Below, piece after piece: positions 9,365 to 19,738 of a DNA stretch of 32,000 nucleotides. Below the pieces are notes generated by a model. The model did no database searches. It was given only the letters and a program-made list of their open reading frames with translations, and was not told where the DNA came from. The DNA lies in NCBI GenBank assembly GCA_000166095.1, contig CP002278.1, positions 720,001-752,000 of the forward strand. Direction: 5' to 3'. The stretch is from Methanothermus fervidus DSM 2088. GTDB lineage: Archaea; Methanobacteriota; Methanobacteria; DSM-2088; Methanothermaceae. A program made the translations under genes and the position numbers. The number at the start of each line of letters is the position of its first letter. The first letter of the stretch is position 1.

Positions 9365-10138
9365 GTGTTTGAAATGGAGTATTCTGAAGTTATAAATAAA
9401 ATTGAAAATTTTATATCTAGAAAGGTAGAAGAAGCTGGTGCTAACGGCGTAGTTTTAGGTTTGAGTGGTGGTATAGATTCAAGTGTTGTTGCATATCTTT
9501 CAAAAAAAGCACTTGGATCTAAAAATGTATTTGGGCTTATAATGCCCAGTGAAACTACTAAAGAGGAAGATGTAAAGGATGCTATATCTATTGCAAAAAA
9601 TCTTGGAATAAATTATGAAATAATAAATATAGAACCCATTTTAAAGAAATTTAGGTCAATGTGTAAACATAAAGGAAACAAAATAGCAATAGCTAATTTA
9701 GGACCAAGAGTAAGGATGACTATACTGTATTATCATTCTAATTCTTTAAATAGTCTTGTTGCAGGTACAGGAAACAAAAGTGAATTGTTGATAGGATATT
9801 TTACTAAGTATGGGGATGGTGGTGTAGATATATTGCCAATAGGTGATCTCTACAAAACTCAGGTGAGAAAAATTGCTTATGAACTTGGCGTTCCAAAAAA
9901 AATCATTGAAAAACCACCAAGTGCTGGATTGTGGAGAGGACAGACAGATGAAGATGAAATAGGTCTTGATTATGAAACATTAGACAAAATATTATTTTTG
10001 ATGGTTGAAAAAAAATTGAAAAATCATGAGATCCATGAAAAATTGGGAATACCATTAAAAACAATAGGAAGAGTTGAAGAAATGATTAAAAATGCAGAAC
10101 ATAAGCTAAATCCACCTGAAGTGGCACGTATCTGGTGA
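9365..10138 (+). CDS. nadE: NAD+ synthetase (NH3-dependent)
   Basis: 'GVVLGLSGGIDSSVVAYLSKKALG' P-loop, 'GTGNKSELLIGYFTKYGDGGVDILPIGDLYKTQVR', 'KPPSAGLWRGQTDEDEIG'. GTG start at 9365 preceded by GGAGG. Confidence 0.95.
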   Translation: MFEMEYSEVINKIENFISRKVEEAGANGVVLGLSGGIDSSVVAYLSKKALGSKNVFGLIMPSETTKEEDVKDAISIAKNLGINYEIINIEPILKKFRSMCKHKGNKIAIANLGPRVRMTILYYHSNSLNSLVAGTGNKSELLIGYFTKYGDGGVDILPIGDLYKTQVRKIAYELGVPKKIIEKPPSAGLWRGQTDEDEIGLDYETLDKILFLMVEKKLKNHEIHEKLGIPLKTIGRVEEMIKNAEHKLNPPEVARIW

Positions 10139-10142
10139 GAAA

Positions 10143-10454
10143 ATGTTTGCAATTGTATATATAACTGCAAAAGATGTAGATGAAGCAAAAAAGATTGGCA
10201 ACACTTTAGTTAAAGAAAAATTAGTTGGATGCGTGAATATAATACCTAAAATAGAATCGATATATTGGTGGGAAGGTGAAATTGAAAAAGATGTAGAAGC
10301 TGTTGTCATTGCTAAAACATTAGTATCTAAAATACAAGATGTGATAAACAAAACTAAAGAAATCCATAGTTATGAAAATCCATGTATATTAGCAATTCCA
10401 ATTATAACTCTTACAGAAGAGTATGCCAAATGGTTAAAAGAATCATTAAAATAA
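10143..10454 (+). CDS. cutA: CutA1-type divalent cation tolerance protein
   Basis: '[55 protein letters not shown]', '[13 protein letters not shown]'. Confidence 0.93.
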   Translation: MFAIVYITAKDVDEAKKIGNTLVKEKLVGCVNIIPKIESIYWWEGEIEKDVEAVVIAKTLVSKIQDVINKTKEIHSYENPCILAIPIITLTEEYAKWLKESLK

Positions 10455-10470
10455 ACATGGCGGTGATTTC

Positions 10471-13266
10471 GTGGACTTCACAAATATAGAAAAGAAGTGG
10501 CAAAAAATATGGGAAGAATCAAAAATATTTGAAGCAGATCCTAATGATAAGAAGAAAATATTCATAACAGTTGCATATCCTTACCCTAGTGGTGCAATGC
10601 ATGTAGGACATGGAAGAACATACACAGTTCCTGATGTGTATGCAAGATTTAAAAGGATGCAAGGTTACAATGTACTTTTTCCAATGGCTTGGCATGTAAC
10701 TGGCGCACCTGTGGTAGGCATTGCTAAAAGAATAGAACGTAAGGATCCATGGACATTAAAAACTTATAAAGAAGTTCATAAAGTTCCAGAAGATGAACTA
10801 AAGAAATTTTCAGATCCTCATTATATAGTTGAGTATTTCAGCAAAGAATACAAAAAAATCATGAAAAAAATGGGATATTCTATAGATTGGAGAAGAGAAT
10901 TCAAAACTACTGATCCACATTATCAAAAGTTCATAGAATGGCAAATGAAAAAATTAAAAGAAATGGGGTTGATAAGAAAAGGTACACATCCTGTGAAATA
11001 TTGTCCAGAATGTCAAAACCCAGTTGGCGATCATGATCTACTGGAAGGTGAAGGTGTAGATATTGTTGAGTTAACACTTTTAAAATTTAAAATAGATGAC
11101 TCTTATCTTGTTGCTGCAACATTTAGACCAGAAACAATTTTTGGTACAACTAATATTTGGTTAAATCCTGATTCAAAGTATATTAAAGTTAAAGTAGGAA
11201 ACGAAAAATGGATAATAAGTAAAGAATCTTATGAAAATATTTCTCATCAAAAAGATATAGAGATTTTAGAAGACGTAAATCCAAAGGAACTTATAGGAAA
11301 ACATGTTAAAAACCCCATTACAAAAAAAGATCATCCTATATTGCCAGCAGAATTCGTGGACCCCAAATTTGGTACAGGAGTAGTTTTTTCAGTTCCGGCT
11401 CATGCTCCAGCTGATTATGTTGCATTACGAGATTTAAAAAATAACGATGACATAATAGCTGAATATAAATTAGATAAAGAAATGCTGGCATCCATAAAAC
11501 CAGTGCCAGTAATAGAAGTAGAAGGATTTGGAGAATTACCTGCCAAAGATATAGTAGATAAATTAAATGTCAAGGATCAAAATGATCCTAAGCTTGAAAA
11601 GGCTACCAATGAAATTTACAAAGTTGAGCACAATAAAGGAATAATGAAAGTTGAAGAATATGATGGAATACCTGTTTCAGAGGCTAGGGAAAAAATAATT
11701 GAGAGGTTGTGTAAGGAAGGTAAAGCTGATAAACTTTATGAATTTTCTGAAATTCCTGTAATCTGTAGATGTGGTGCTAACTGCGTTGTTAAAATAATGA
11801 AAGATCAATGGTTCCTCAAATATTCAAATGAAGAATGGAAAAATAAAGCATTATCTTGCTTAAATCAGATGAAGATAGTACCAGATGAAATTAGACAAAA
11901 TATTGAATACTTTATAAAATGGTTAAAAGATTGGGCATGCGCACGTAAAATAGGATTAGGAACAAAATTACCCTGGGACAAAAGGTGGATTGTAGAACCA
12001 TTAACAGATTCAACTATCTACATGGCATATTATACCATAGCTCATAAAATAAAAGAAAAAGATCATGAAGAATTAAATAGTGAATACTTTGATGAAGTTT
12101 TCTTAAATAATCCAGATGAAGAATTTGCATATTGGTATCCTCTTGATTGGAGATTATCTGCAAAAGATTTGATAGGTAATCATTTAACATTTCATATATT
12201 TCACCATTCAGCAATATTTCCAGAAGACAAATGGCCAAAAGGCATAGTTGTTTTTGGTATGGGTCTCCTTGAAGGACAAAAAATGTCATCTTCAAAAGGA
12301 AATATAGTAACTCTGTCAGAGGCAATTTCAGAATATGGTGCAGATGTTGTAAGAATGTTTTTAATGTCTTCAGCAGAGCCATGGCAAGATTTTGATTGGA
12401 GAAAAAAAGAAGTTATTGGTGTTAAAAGGAGAATTGAACAATTTTTTGAACTATATGAAAAAATTGATGAAAAAATAGGACTTAATTTTGAAAATAAATT
12501 GGAAATCAGGCCTAAAAAATTTATAAATAAATGGATATTAAGTCAAGTTAACCAAAGAATAAAAAATGTTACAGAAGCTCTGGAGAAATTTCAAACTAGG
12601 AAGGCTTTACAAGAAGGATTTTTCTTATTTAGAAAAGATGTTGATCATTACTTAAAACGAGTAAAACCATGGATTGAATTGGAAGAAACCAAGGAAATTT
12701 TAAGATATGTGATGAAGGTATGGGTAAAATTGGTTGCACCTTTCATACCTCATATTGCAGAGGAAATATGGGAAAAATATGGTGGTAATGGGTTAATTTC
12801 AGTTTCTAAATGGCCAGAACCCAAAGAAGAATTTATTGACAAGAAAATACAAAAGTCTGAAGAGATTGTAGAAGAAGTTATAAAAGATATCAAAGAAATC
12901 AAGAAAATAATTAGAAAAAAACCAGAAAAGGTTCACATCTATATATCTCCAAAGTGGAAATACAAAATATATGATATGATAAGTAGTAGTGATAGAAAGG
13001 ACTTAGGAACTATAATTCCTAAAGCATTGTCAGAAATTGAAGGCGATAAAAAGGAAATTGTGAATTTCATAAAGAAAAGTATTAGTGAAATAGCAAAAAA
13101 AGAATATGTTGGTTATATAGATGAATACAAAGTATTTAAGGAAGCCAAAGACTATATTGAGGAAGAAGTGAATGCAAAAATAGTTATACATAAAAAACCT
13201 GATTATGATCCAAAAAACAAATCAAAAATGGCAGAACCTTACAAACCAGCAATATACATTGAATAA
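10471..13266 (+). CDS. leuS: leucyl-tRNA synthetase (archaeal/eukaryotic type)
   Basis: 931 aa; '[46 protein letters not shown]' and 'KMSSSKGN' class I signatures. GTG start with GGTGAT ribosome-binding site. Confidence 0.97.
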   Translation: MDFTNIEKKWQKIWEESKIFEADPNDKKKIFITVAYPYPSGAMHVGHGRTYTVPDVYARFKRMQGYNVLFPMAWHVTGAPVVGIAKRIERKDPWTLKTYKEVHKVPEDELKKFSDPHYIVEYFSKEYKKIMKKMGYSIDWRREFKTTDPHYQKFIEWQMKKLKEMGLIRKGTHPVKYCPECQNPVGDHDLLEGEGVDIVELTLLKFKIDDSYLVAATFRPETIFGTTNIWLNPDSKYIKVKVGNEKWIISKESYENISHQKDIEILEDVNPKELIGKHVKNPITKKDHPILPAEFVDPKFGTGVVFSVPAHAPADYVALRDLKNNDDIIAEYKLDKEMLASIKPVPVIEVEGFGELPAKDIVDKLNVKDQNDPKLEKATNEIYKVEHNKGIMKVEEYDGIPVSEAREKIIERLCKEGKADKLYEFSEIPVICRCGANCVVKIMKDQWFLKYSNEEWKNKALSCLNQMKIVPDEIRQNIEYFIKWLKDWACARKIGLGTKLPWDKRWIVEPLTDSTIYMAYYTIAHKIKEKDHEELNSEYFDEVFLNNPDEEFAYWYPLDWRLSAKDLIGNHLTFHIFHHSAIFPEDKWPKGIVVFGMGLLEGQKMSSSKGNIVTLSEAISEYGADVVRMFLMSSAEPWQDFDWRKKEVIGVKRRIEQFFELYEKIDEKIGLNFENKLEIRPKKFINKWILSQVNQRIKNVTEALEKFQTRKALQEGFFLFRKDVDHYLKRVKPWIELEETKEILRYVMKVWVKLVAPFIPHIAEEIWEKYGGNGLISVSKWPEPKEEFIDKKIQKSEEIVEEVIKDIKEIKKIIRKKPEKVHIYISPKWKYKIYDMISSSDRKDLGTIIPKALSEIEGDKKEIVNFIKKSISEIAKKEYVGYIDEYKVFKEAKDYIEEEVNAKIVIHKKPDYDPKNKSKMAEPYKPAIYIE

Positions 13267-13278
13267 AATCTGAGAAAT

Positions 13279-13905
13279 TCATAAAGAATTTAAATCATTG
13301 AAATTTTTTGGAACTTTGTTTAGGGTTCTAAGCTTTCTTGGCAATGGTTTTATCTTTGCAGGTGCTCCTATTGCTAAAGACCAAGGAGGTACATCTCTAG
13401 TTACTACAGCTCCAGCAGCTACCATAGCTCCCTCACCAATTTCTATATTTGATAAAAATGTTGAATTGGCACCAATTGTAACCCCTCTTTGTATTTTAGG
13501 TCCTTTAAGTTTGTACTTAACTCTTAAAGGATATCTGTCATTTGTAAAACATGCACAAGGTCCTATAAAAACATCGTTACCTATGTAACTATTTTTAGGA
13601 ATATAAACGTTTGATTGTATTCGTACATTGTTTCCAATTTTTGAATAGCCTTCTATAACTGTATTTGTTCCAATCAATACATTGTTTCCTATCCTTGTTT
13701 TTTCTCTTATCAATACATTGTGACCTGTCTGTAAGTTGTCACCTATTACTACATCGTTGTAAATTATAGTGTTGGCTCTAATCAATGGTTTTTTACCAAT
13801 TATTGGTGGTTTACTACCTTTTTTATATTCATAACCTAATATTACATTTTCATCTATCTTTCCATCTCTTACTTCTTCACCAAATATTAAAGATTTTATG
13901 GACAT
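13279..13905 (-). CDS. left-handed beta-helix (hexapeptide repeat) acyltransferase
   Basis: Repeated [LIV]G-x4 hexapeptides and '[27 protein letters not shown]' terminal motif. Confidence 0.88.
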   Translation of the reverse strand: MSIKSLIFGEEVRDGKIDENVILGYEYKKGSKPPIIGKKPLIRANTIIYNDVVIGDNLQTGHNVLIREKTRIGNNVLIGTNTVIEGYSKIGNNVRIQSNVYIPKNSYIGNDVFIGPCACFTNDRYPLRVKYKLKGPKIQRGVTIGANSTFLSNIEIGEGAMVAAGAVVTRDVPPWSLAIGAPAKIKPLPRKLRTLNKVPKNFNDLNSL

Positions 13906-13982
13906 TGTTTTTCACAATTTTTTCTTTTTTAATAACTAAATATAAATAAATTAAAAAATTTTACTCATAGCCAGAAATATTT

Positions 13983-15008
13983 GTGATTTGGATGATAAAT
14001 AAAAAAGAGTTTGAAAAGCTAGTGGAAAATATAAGAGAAAAAATAGGACATGAAAAAGAGAAAATTAAAATTAAAGAAATTATATTTGATAAATTAAACA
14101 ATGAATTAATTATTATAGTGCCTGATAGATACGACAAATCACTTGTAATTGGAAAGGGTGGATGGGTAGTAGGTAAATTAAGAGAAACATTAAATGTTAA
14201 ACATGTCCATGTAGAGGCCTATTCAGATCTTCTTGTAAAAAAATATAGGATGAAACTATCATTGGAAAAATTAAATAAACTTATAAAATCTCTTAGGCTA
14301 GAATCTTTAAAAATTATTAGAAATCTTTTGAAGAATAGAATAACTGAGTTACCTCTCTTTAACATACCTAACTTTGAAACTAATGAAAAGGTATTAGTGG
14401 CTCTTTCTGGTGGCGTAGATAGTAGTTTTTCTTTAGTTGTGATGAAATACTTAGGTTTTGATGTGGAAGCAGTGACAGTAGATCCAGGACCAATGATATT
14501 ACCAAAAATATTTAAAAAAAATATAGAAAAGTTATGTAGTACTTTAGAGGTTAAACACAAATACATAAAGACCGATTTTTCAAATTTTATAGAGGAGTGT
14601 TTAAAAGGTCGTTTTCACCCATGCGGACGATGTTCCAAAAAAATATATGAAAAGATAAAAAAATATTGTAAAAAGAAAGGAATAAAAATTTTAGTTTTCG
14701 GTGACTTGTTAAGTACTGGATATGGTGCCATTTCTCTAGAGGATGGAATTGTAAAAATATCTCTTCCTGCCTTGCTGTGCATGTCAAAACATGAAATTAA
14801 ACAACAAGTGTCTAATTTTGATTTAGAGTTACCAGCACGGTTTGGATGTCCATTACTACATGAAGTTCATAAGAGGTTCCCAAGACTTAGATTTTATTCT
14901 ATTCAAAGGATACTTAGGGAGAATCGTGCTGGAGCTTTAGAACCTGGTGAATCACTGAAATTAATCTGGAGGTTATGTAAAAATTTTGACGACTCCATAT
15001 ACTATTAG
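13983..15008 (+). CDS. KH domain + PP-loop ATPase fusion protein, putative RNA/tRNA-modifying enzyme
   Basis: N-terminal 'KSLVIGKGGWVVGKLRETL' (KH GXXG loop) followed by 'KVLVALSGGVDSSFSLVVMKYLGF' (PP-loop) and a Cys-rich segment 'HPCGRCSKKIYEKIKKYC'. Confidence 0.75.
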   Translation: MIWMINKKEFEKLVENIREKIGHEKEKIKIKEIIFDKLNNELIIIVPDRYDKSLVIGKGGWVVGKLRETLNVKHVHVEAYSDLLVKKYRMKLSLEKLNKLIKSLRLESLKIIRNLLKNRITELPLFNIPNFETNEKVLVALSGGVDSSFSLVVMKYLGFDVEAVTVDPGPMILPKIFKKNIEKLCSTLEVKHKYIKTDFSNFIEECLKGRFHPCGRCSKKIYEKIKKYCKKKGIKILVFGDLLSTGYGAISLEDGIVKISLPALLCMSKHEIKQQVSNFDLELPARFGCPLLHEVHKRFPRLRFYSIQRILRENRAGALEPGESLKLIWRLCKNFDDSIYY

Positions 15009-15122
15009 AAATATTCCTGCTAAATAACCTACAAGTAATGGATATATCAACATTAATATTCCAACGATCACTGCTAAAATTCCAATTGCTCTTTGCAATT
15101 CTACATCTTTTGGGCCTGGCAT
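14973..15122 (-). CDS. small membrane protein (49 aa), DUF3096-like
   Basis: Manual translation of the reverse complement: MPGPKDVELQRAIGILAVIVGILMLIYPLLVGYLAGIFLIVYGVVKIFT*. Absent from the provided ORF track. Overlaps the 3' end of the convergent PP-loop gene by 36 nt. Confidence 0.65.
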   Translation of the reverse strand: MPGPKDVELQRAIGILAVIVGILMLIYPLLVGYLAGIFLIVYGVVKIFT

Positions 15123-15552
15123 GTTTAATTTTTATGTAATTTTCAACTTAAAATACTTTTCTGTTTTTGAATTACTCCCCAACTTTTGCAGATGTTCCCT
15201 TGCTTTATAGAAAAAACTTGTCCAGAGACTATATTTCTATATGAAATAGTTTTGAGTAGAGTATTTTCTTAAACAGGCTATCAAAGTTACTCTATTCCCT
15301 CAACAGTGTCTTAAATGCTGATATATAATCTCTTAACTTATTTTTAATCCTTTTAATGCATTTAGACCTTCTTAACTACCTACCAGTTTTTTTCAGCTTT
15401 GTAATTGTATGGGAAGTCATCTCATGAAAAAAAGTAGTATGAAAGGATATATATAGTTTTCTTAATTTCTAGAGCATTTTTGGAGAGAGAAAGAGGAAGT
15501 AAAAGAAGAATTGTGTATATTTTTTTAGAACAAGTGCTAATTTTGTGCTTCA

Positions 15553-15645
15553 TCTATATAAATACTTTCTAATTTTTCACTAATCCTTAGATAGCTTTTC
15601 TCTATGAGGAGTAGTTCACCAACCAAAAAATATCTATATAAAAAG
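15553..15645 (+). promoter_or_regulatory. candidate archaeal TATA boxes upstream of the pseudomurein-type gene cluster
   Basis: AT-rich 'ctatataaatac' near 15554 and 'ctatataaaaag' near 15634 upstream of the 15698 ORF; GGAG ribosome-binding site at about 15686. Confidence 0.4.
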
Positions 15646-15697
15646 AAGTTATTTTATCTAATACTGGAAAAAAATTTACTTCTTTAGGAGATATACC

Positions 15698-16801
15698 ATG
15701 AAAATTTTATTTATAGGTGCAAGATTATTTGACGATGTCCACTATTATGCTAAAGAAAAAGGAATTACAACAATACTTACTGAAGCTAATCCTAAATCAC
15801 CAAATATTAAATTAGCTGATAAATATTTCATTGTGCCAAGAGGAATGAAATATCCTATGGAAATTGCTATTAAAGAAGATGTAGATGCAGTTGTACCATT
15901 GATAGGTGTAGATGAACCTCTGATAGGCGTTGCAAAAATGAAAGAAAAGTTAGAAAAAGATTATGGAATCCCAGTAGTTGCATCTAATTTACATGCAACA
16001 TCAATAGCTGTTGATAAGTTCAAAACAAAAATATTTTTTAAAAAAATGAATATTAGAACCCCTAAATATAAAATAATCAAAGAACCACCTTCCGAAGTAA
16101 CAAAACCTGTTGTATTAAAGAATAAAAAGGGTCAGGCTGGAACTGGAGTAGTTGTAACCAACTCAAAAGATGAAATAACAGAATATCTAAAAAAATATGG
16201 TGTAGTTCTTATGGAAGAATTTATTAATGGCATTGAAATTTCAGTAGAAGTTTTAAGATGGGAAGGCAAGTCATTAGCCTTGGTCGTTGTAGATAAAGGT
16301 AGAACAACCTTAGAAGCTGTACATCCTCTATACAAAATAAAAAAAGCTCCAGCACAAATAAAAGGTTTAGACAATGAAAAGGTATTATTGTTTAGTAGAA
16401 TGATAGTAAACAGTTTAAATGCAGAAGGTAATACTGACATTGACATGATATTTGATGAAAAACTTCGTAAAGTTTATGCAATAGAACTTAATACAAGACC
16501 AAGCGGTACTAGATATATTTCAGCTGCGGCCACTGGAATCCATCCACTACACCAATTAGTTGATATGGCTATAGGGGAATGGGATCCTAAGAAAATTAAA
16601 CTTAAGAATTTTTTTGCAATAGAAATTCCTATAGGTACTACTGACTTAAAAACAACTAAAAAATTTGAAGGAGAGAAATGTTGGGTTGTTCATGGTCCTC
16701 CAGGACATCAAAGAATAACTATAAGAGGTAAAAACATGGAAGATATTGTAGAAATTTTGGAGGAACTAGACCTAAATAAGGTGATAAGATGTTTATATTA
16801 A
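15698..16801 (+). CDS. CarB-like ATP-grasp enzyme of the pseudomurein-associated cluster
   Basis: Pre-ATP-grasp domain plus 'KPVVLKNKKGQAGTGVVVTNSKDEI', 'VVLMEEFINGIEISVEVLRWEG', 'AIELNTRPSGTRYISAAATGIHPLHQLV'. Start preceded by AGGAG. Confidence 0.85.
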   Translation: MKILFIGARLFDDVHYYAKEKGITTILTEANPKSPNIKLADKYFIVPRGMKYPMEIAIKEDVDAVVPLIGVDEPLIGVAKMKEKLEKDYGIPVVASNLHATSIAVDKFKTKIFFKKMNIRTPKYKIIKEPPSEVTKPVVLKNKKGQAGTGVVVTNSKDEITEYLKKYGVVLMEEFINGIEISVEVLRWEGKSLALVVVDKGRTTLEAVHPLYKIKKAPAQIKGLDNEKVLLFSRMIVNSLNAEGNTDIDMIFDEKLRKVYAIELNTRPSGTRYISAAATGIHPLHQLVDMAIGEWDPKKIKLKNFFAIEIPIGTTDLKTTKKFEGEKCWVVHGPPGHQRITIRGKNMEDIVEILEELDLNKVIRCLY

Positions 16802-17838
16802 TTTTAGCTTTCGTTCTTACAGTTATTTTTACCTATATATTGAAAAAAATTCTTTTAGAAGCTGAAATAGTTGATAAGCCTATTGTAACTGAGCATAAAC
16901 ACAAAATAGGTACTCCAACAATGGGTGGTCTTGGATTTTTATTAACAGCCTCAATGGTGGCAATGGTTTTAGGAGATAGACATTTAAATCTGATTGTATT
17001 AACAATGGTGATAGCTGGCATAATTGGAGCCTTAGATGATTTACTTGGATTGAGCATTAAAGAAAAACAAAAAATTGTAAAAAATATTTCATCAGAAGTT
17101 GTTGAACTAGGAAGATTAAACCTCCAACCTAGTGAAGAAGCAAGAGTAGCAACTAAGAAAGCTAAACAAGATTTCAAAAAGCTAATGGCTGAAAAGAAAA
17201 TTAAAGTAGTTGGTGAAGTTCCTATAAAAAAAGAATTTACAGAAAAACAAAAGATTATGTTACAATGTATTCCAGGAATATTTCTTGCATTATCATTTGG
17301 AGTTGGAAGTATTTTTGGATACTTTTTAGGATTCTTAACAATTCCAATTGTAATATTCGGAGTATTAGGCGCCATTAACGCCATAAATTTAATAGATGGA
17401 ATGGATGGAATGGCAGCAGGAATAATTGCAATATCTTCATTATTTTGTGCATTTTATTCTTCTATGAAAGGCCTTCATAGTTCTGCATTTTTAATGTTAT
17501 CAGGCATTTCATTAGGTTTCCTGGTGTTTAATCGTTTTCCTGCATCAATATTTATGGGAGATGTTGGATCCTTTGCTTTAGGTGCTGGATATGCTGCAGC
17601 AGTTATGATGAATGATATAATATATTATGGAGTACTTGCCATTGCAGTTCCTATAGTATCGGTAATTATAAGCCTTATGCATCGTGCAAACATTATAAAA
17701 TTACCCGTGGAGCCATTACACCATACTCTACATTATAAAGGATTATCAGAAAAAACAATTGTAATTACTTATTGGTTAATAACATTTGTATTATGTAGTG
17801 TGGGGCTAATAATGTATAATTTAGGATTATTCCCATAA
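16789..17838 (+). CDS. MraY-like glycosyl-1-phosphate transferase (pseudomurein-type)
   Basis: Multi-TM with 'GTPTMGGLGF', 'GALDDLLGL' and 'INLIDGMDGMAAG' (MraY/WecA active-site motifs). Confidence 0.88.
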   Translation: MFILILAFVLTVIFTYILKKILLEAEIVDKPIVTEHKHKIGTPTMGGLGFLLTASMVAMVLGDRHLNLIVLTMVIAGIIGALDDLLGLSIKEKQKIVKNISSEVVELGRLNLQPSEEARVATKKAKQDFKKLMAEKKIKVVGEVPIKKEFTEKQKIMLQCIPGIFLALSFGVGSIFGYFLGFLTIPIVIFGVLGAINAINLIDGMDGMAAGIIAISSLFCAFYSSMKGLHSSAFLMLSGISLGFLVFNRFPASIFMGDVGSFALGAGYAAAVMMNDIIYYGVLAIAVPIVSVIISLMHRANIIKLPVEPLHHTLHYKGLSEKTIVITYWLITFVLCSVGLIMYNLGLFP

Positions 17839-17853
17839 CATGGTGGTTAAAAA

Positions 17854-19284
17854 ATGAGATTAAGTGAATTAGCTTCATATGTTTCTGGAAAATTAATAGG
17901 GGAAGATAAGGAAATAAAAGTGGGTATATTTAATACTCTAGGCGATGCTAATCCAAATGATATTGTGATTAGACATTGGATAGATGAAAAAGGTGTAGAA
18001 ATTGCAAAAAATAAAGAAGTATCAGCACTTATAACTCAAAATCCAAAAGGAAATTCATTAGAATATGCAAAAAAGTTGAAAGTACCTATAATTTTAGTTA
18101 ACAAGATTGAACTTGCCAGTGCATTTGCCATAAAATGGACAATAAAAAATTTTGCACCAAACACTTATAGAGTTGTAATCACAGGTACTAATGGTAAGTC
18201 AACAACAACCCATATGATATATCATATTTTAACCCATGCTGGAAAGAAAGCATTTACAAACACAGATGCAAAGTCAGAGTTTAACACTCTGATAGACCCA
18301 ATGGTAGCTAAGTTACTTGCTGAAAAGGCTAAAAAAGAAAACCTCGAATATTTGGTCATTGAAGTGTCTGAAGTTCAAGGATGGCTAGATCGTCTCATGA
18401 AAGACCATGCATATCTCATGACAAAATCCATAAATCCTAATGTAGTTGTAGTTACCAATGTAGCATTGGACCATATAGGTTTAGTTAATTCAATTGAAGA
18501 AGTGTTTGAAGAAACTAGTGGGGCTGTAAAAGCATTGGAAAAAGGATTTGCTGTACTTAATTATGATAATGAATTTACAAGAAAAATGGCTAAACTCACA
18601 AATAAAAATGTAAAAGTCTTCTTTTATGGAAAAAATTGTCCAGTAACTTTTAAAAGTGGTGGAATTTATGTTAACAATGATTTATTCATAAAAAAAGAAG
18701 AACTTCCATTCAAAAGTGAATATTTTATACAAAATACTCTTGCTGCAATATCTGCTTGTTTATGTTTAAATATTCCTCCAGACATTATAAAAAAAGGAAT
18801 TTTAACATACAAACCACTAAAGAGAAGATTTTCAATTTTATGTAAAAAACCATTAATAATAGATGATTTTGCACATAACCCTGACGGTATCAAAATGGCT
18901 ATAAAGAGTGCAAAAAAACTTACAAAAAACAAATTGTGGGTTGTATGTGCTATACGTGGGTCTAGAGGAAAAATTATCAACAAATTAAATGCGGAATCGT
19001 TATCAAAGACTTTAAAAAACATTGAAAATTATGAAGTTGTTATAACCAATAGTGACGATGTTGTGGATAACCTTAATAAAGTAAAAAAAGAAGAAGAAAA
19101 AACATTTTTAAAAACACTGGAGAAGTATAATATAAATTATAGATTCCACAAAAAATTGAAAACTGCTTTGGAAGAAACTTTAACTAATTGTAAAAAAGAT
19201 GATACGATCTTGTTGATAGGTGCTCAAGGTATGGATCCTGCCTCAAAACTATTAAAAAAAATAAAAGTGATACCATGTTCATAA
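17854..19284 (+). CDS. Mur ligase family protein, pMurE-like pseudomurein peptide ligase
   Basis: 'RVVITGTNGKSTTTHMIYHILTHAGKKAFTNTDAKSEFNTL' P-loop, 'NVALDHIGLVNSIEEV', 'LIIDDFAHNPDGIKMAIKSA'. Adjacent to the MraY-like gene. Confidence 0.85.
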   Translation: MRLSELASYVSGKLIGEDKEIKVGIFNTLGDANPNDIVIRHWIDEKGVEIAKNKEVSALITQNPKGNSLEYAKKLKVPIILVNKIELASAFAIKWTIKNFAPNTYRVVITGTNGKSTTTHMIYHILTHAGKKAFTNTDAKSEFNTLIDPMVAKLLAEKAKKENLEYLVIEVSEVQGWLDRLMKDHAYLMTKSINPNVVVVTNVALDHIGLVNSIEEVFEETSGAVKALEKGFAVLNYDNEFTRKMAKLTNKNVKVFFYGKNCPVTFKSGGIYVNNDLFIKKEELPFKSEYFIQNTLAAISACLCLNIPPDIIKKGILTYKPLKRRFSILCKKPLIIDDFAHNPDGIKMAIKSAKKLTKNKLWVVCAIRGSRGKIINKLNAESLSKTLKNIENYEVVITNSDDVVDNLNKVKKEEEKTFLKTLEKYNINYRFHKKLKTALEETLTNCKKDDTILLIGAQGMDPASKLLKKIKVIPCS

Positions 19285-19730
19285 AAGTCAAAAGAGATAC
19301 TCTTGTAATTTTATTTGTGGCATATCTCCTCATATTGGCTGGTAGATTCTTAAATTATGCATCTTATGCTTCATCTAAAGACTTTAGTGGGGCAGTTCCA
19401 ATTTCAGGTGTTATTGTGAAAGGTAATGATATAGTACCAACAAGCTCAATAAAAATAAATGTAGCTGCTGCTGGATTTAGACCAGGAAGTTATATTAAAG
19501 ATAACATGCTTATAACTTCAAAACGTAAAATACCACTTGATAGGGCTATAGCCAATGCAAGAGAATTTGTTAAACTGTCAACAATACCTGGTACAAAAGT
19601 CATGCCAATAGTAGATGCAGATGTAAAGGTTGATAAAAAAACAGGTATCGTAACTGTCACTGTAATTGAAGATTTTTCCTTGGCTAAGGTACAAGGGGGT
19701 GAAGAAAGATTAAAAAATTTAGATATCTAG
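19275..19730 (+). CDS. conserved hypothetical protein with one N-terminal TM, pseudomurein-cluster associated
   Basis: 151 aa; single N-terminal TM 'DTLVILFVAYLLILAGRFL' followed by a likely exocytoplasmic domain. Overlaps the Mur-ligase-like ORF by 10 nt. Confidence 0.7.
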   Translation: MFIKVKRDTLVILFVAYLLILAGRFLNYASYASSKDFSGAVPISGVIVKGNDIVPTSSIKINVAAAGFRPGSYIKDNMLITSKRKIPLDRAIANAREFVKLSTIPGTKVMPIVDADVKVDKKTGIVTVTVIEDFSLAKVQGGEERLKNLDI

Positions 19731-19738
19731 TATTATTT

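Noticed and set aside
13300-13850. Apparent internal repeats in the acyltransferase gene
   Set aside because: They are the expected hexapeptide repeats of a left-handed beta-helix fold, not a DNA repeat or CRISPR.
12014-14787. Track ORFs 12014-12382(-), 13298-13588(+), 14219-14566(-), 14587-14787(-)
   Set aside because: Shadow frames of leuS, the hexapeptide acyltransferase and the KH/PP-loop gene.
15533-15558. Small inverted/direct repeat 'aagtgctaattttgtgctt' as a terminator or attachment site
   Set aside because: The stem is only six base pairs with two wobble pairs, well within chance for AT-rich spacer DNA.
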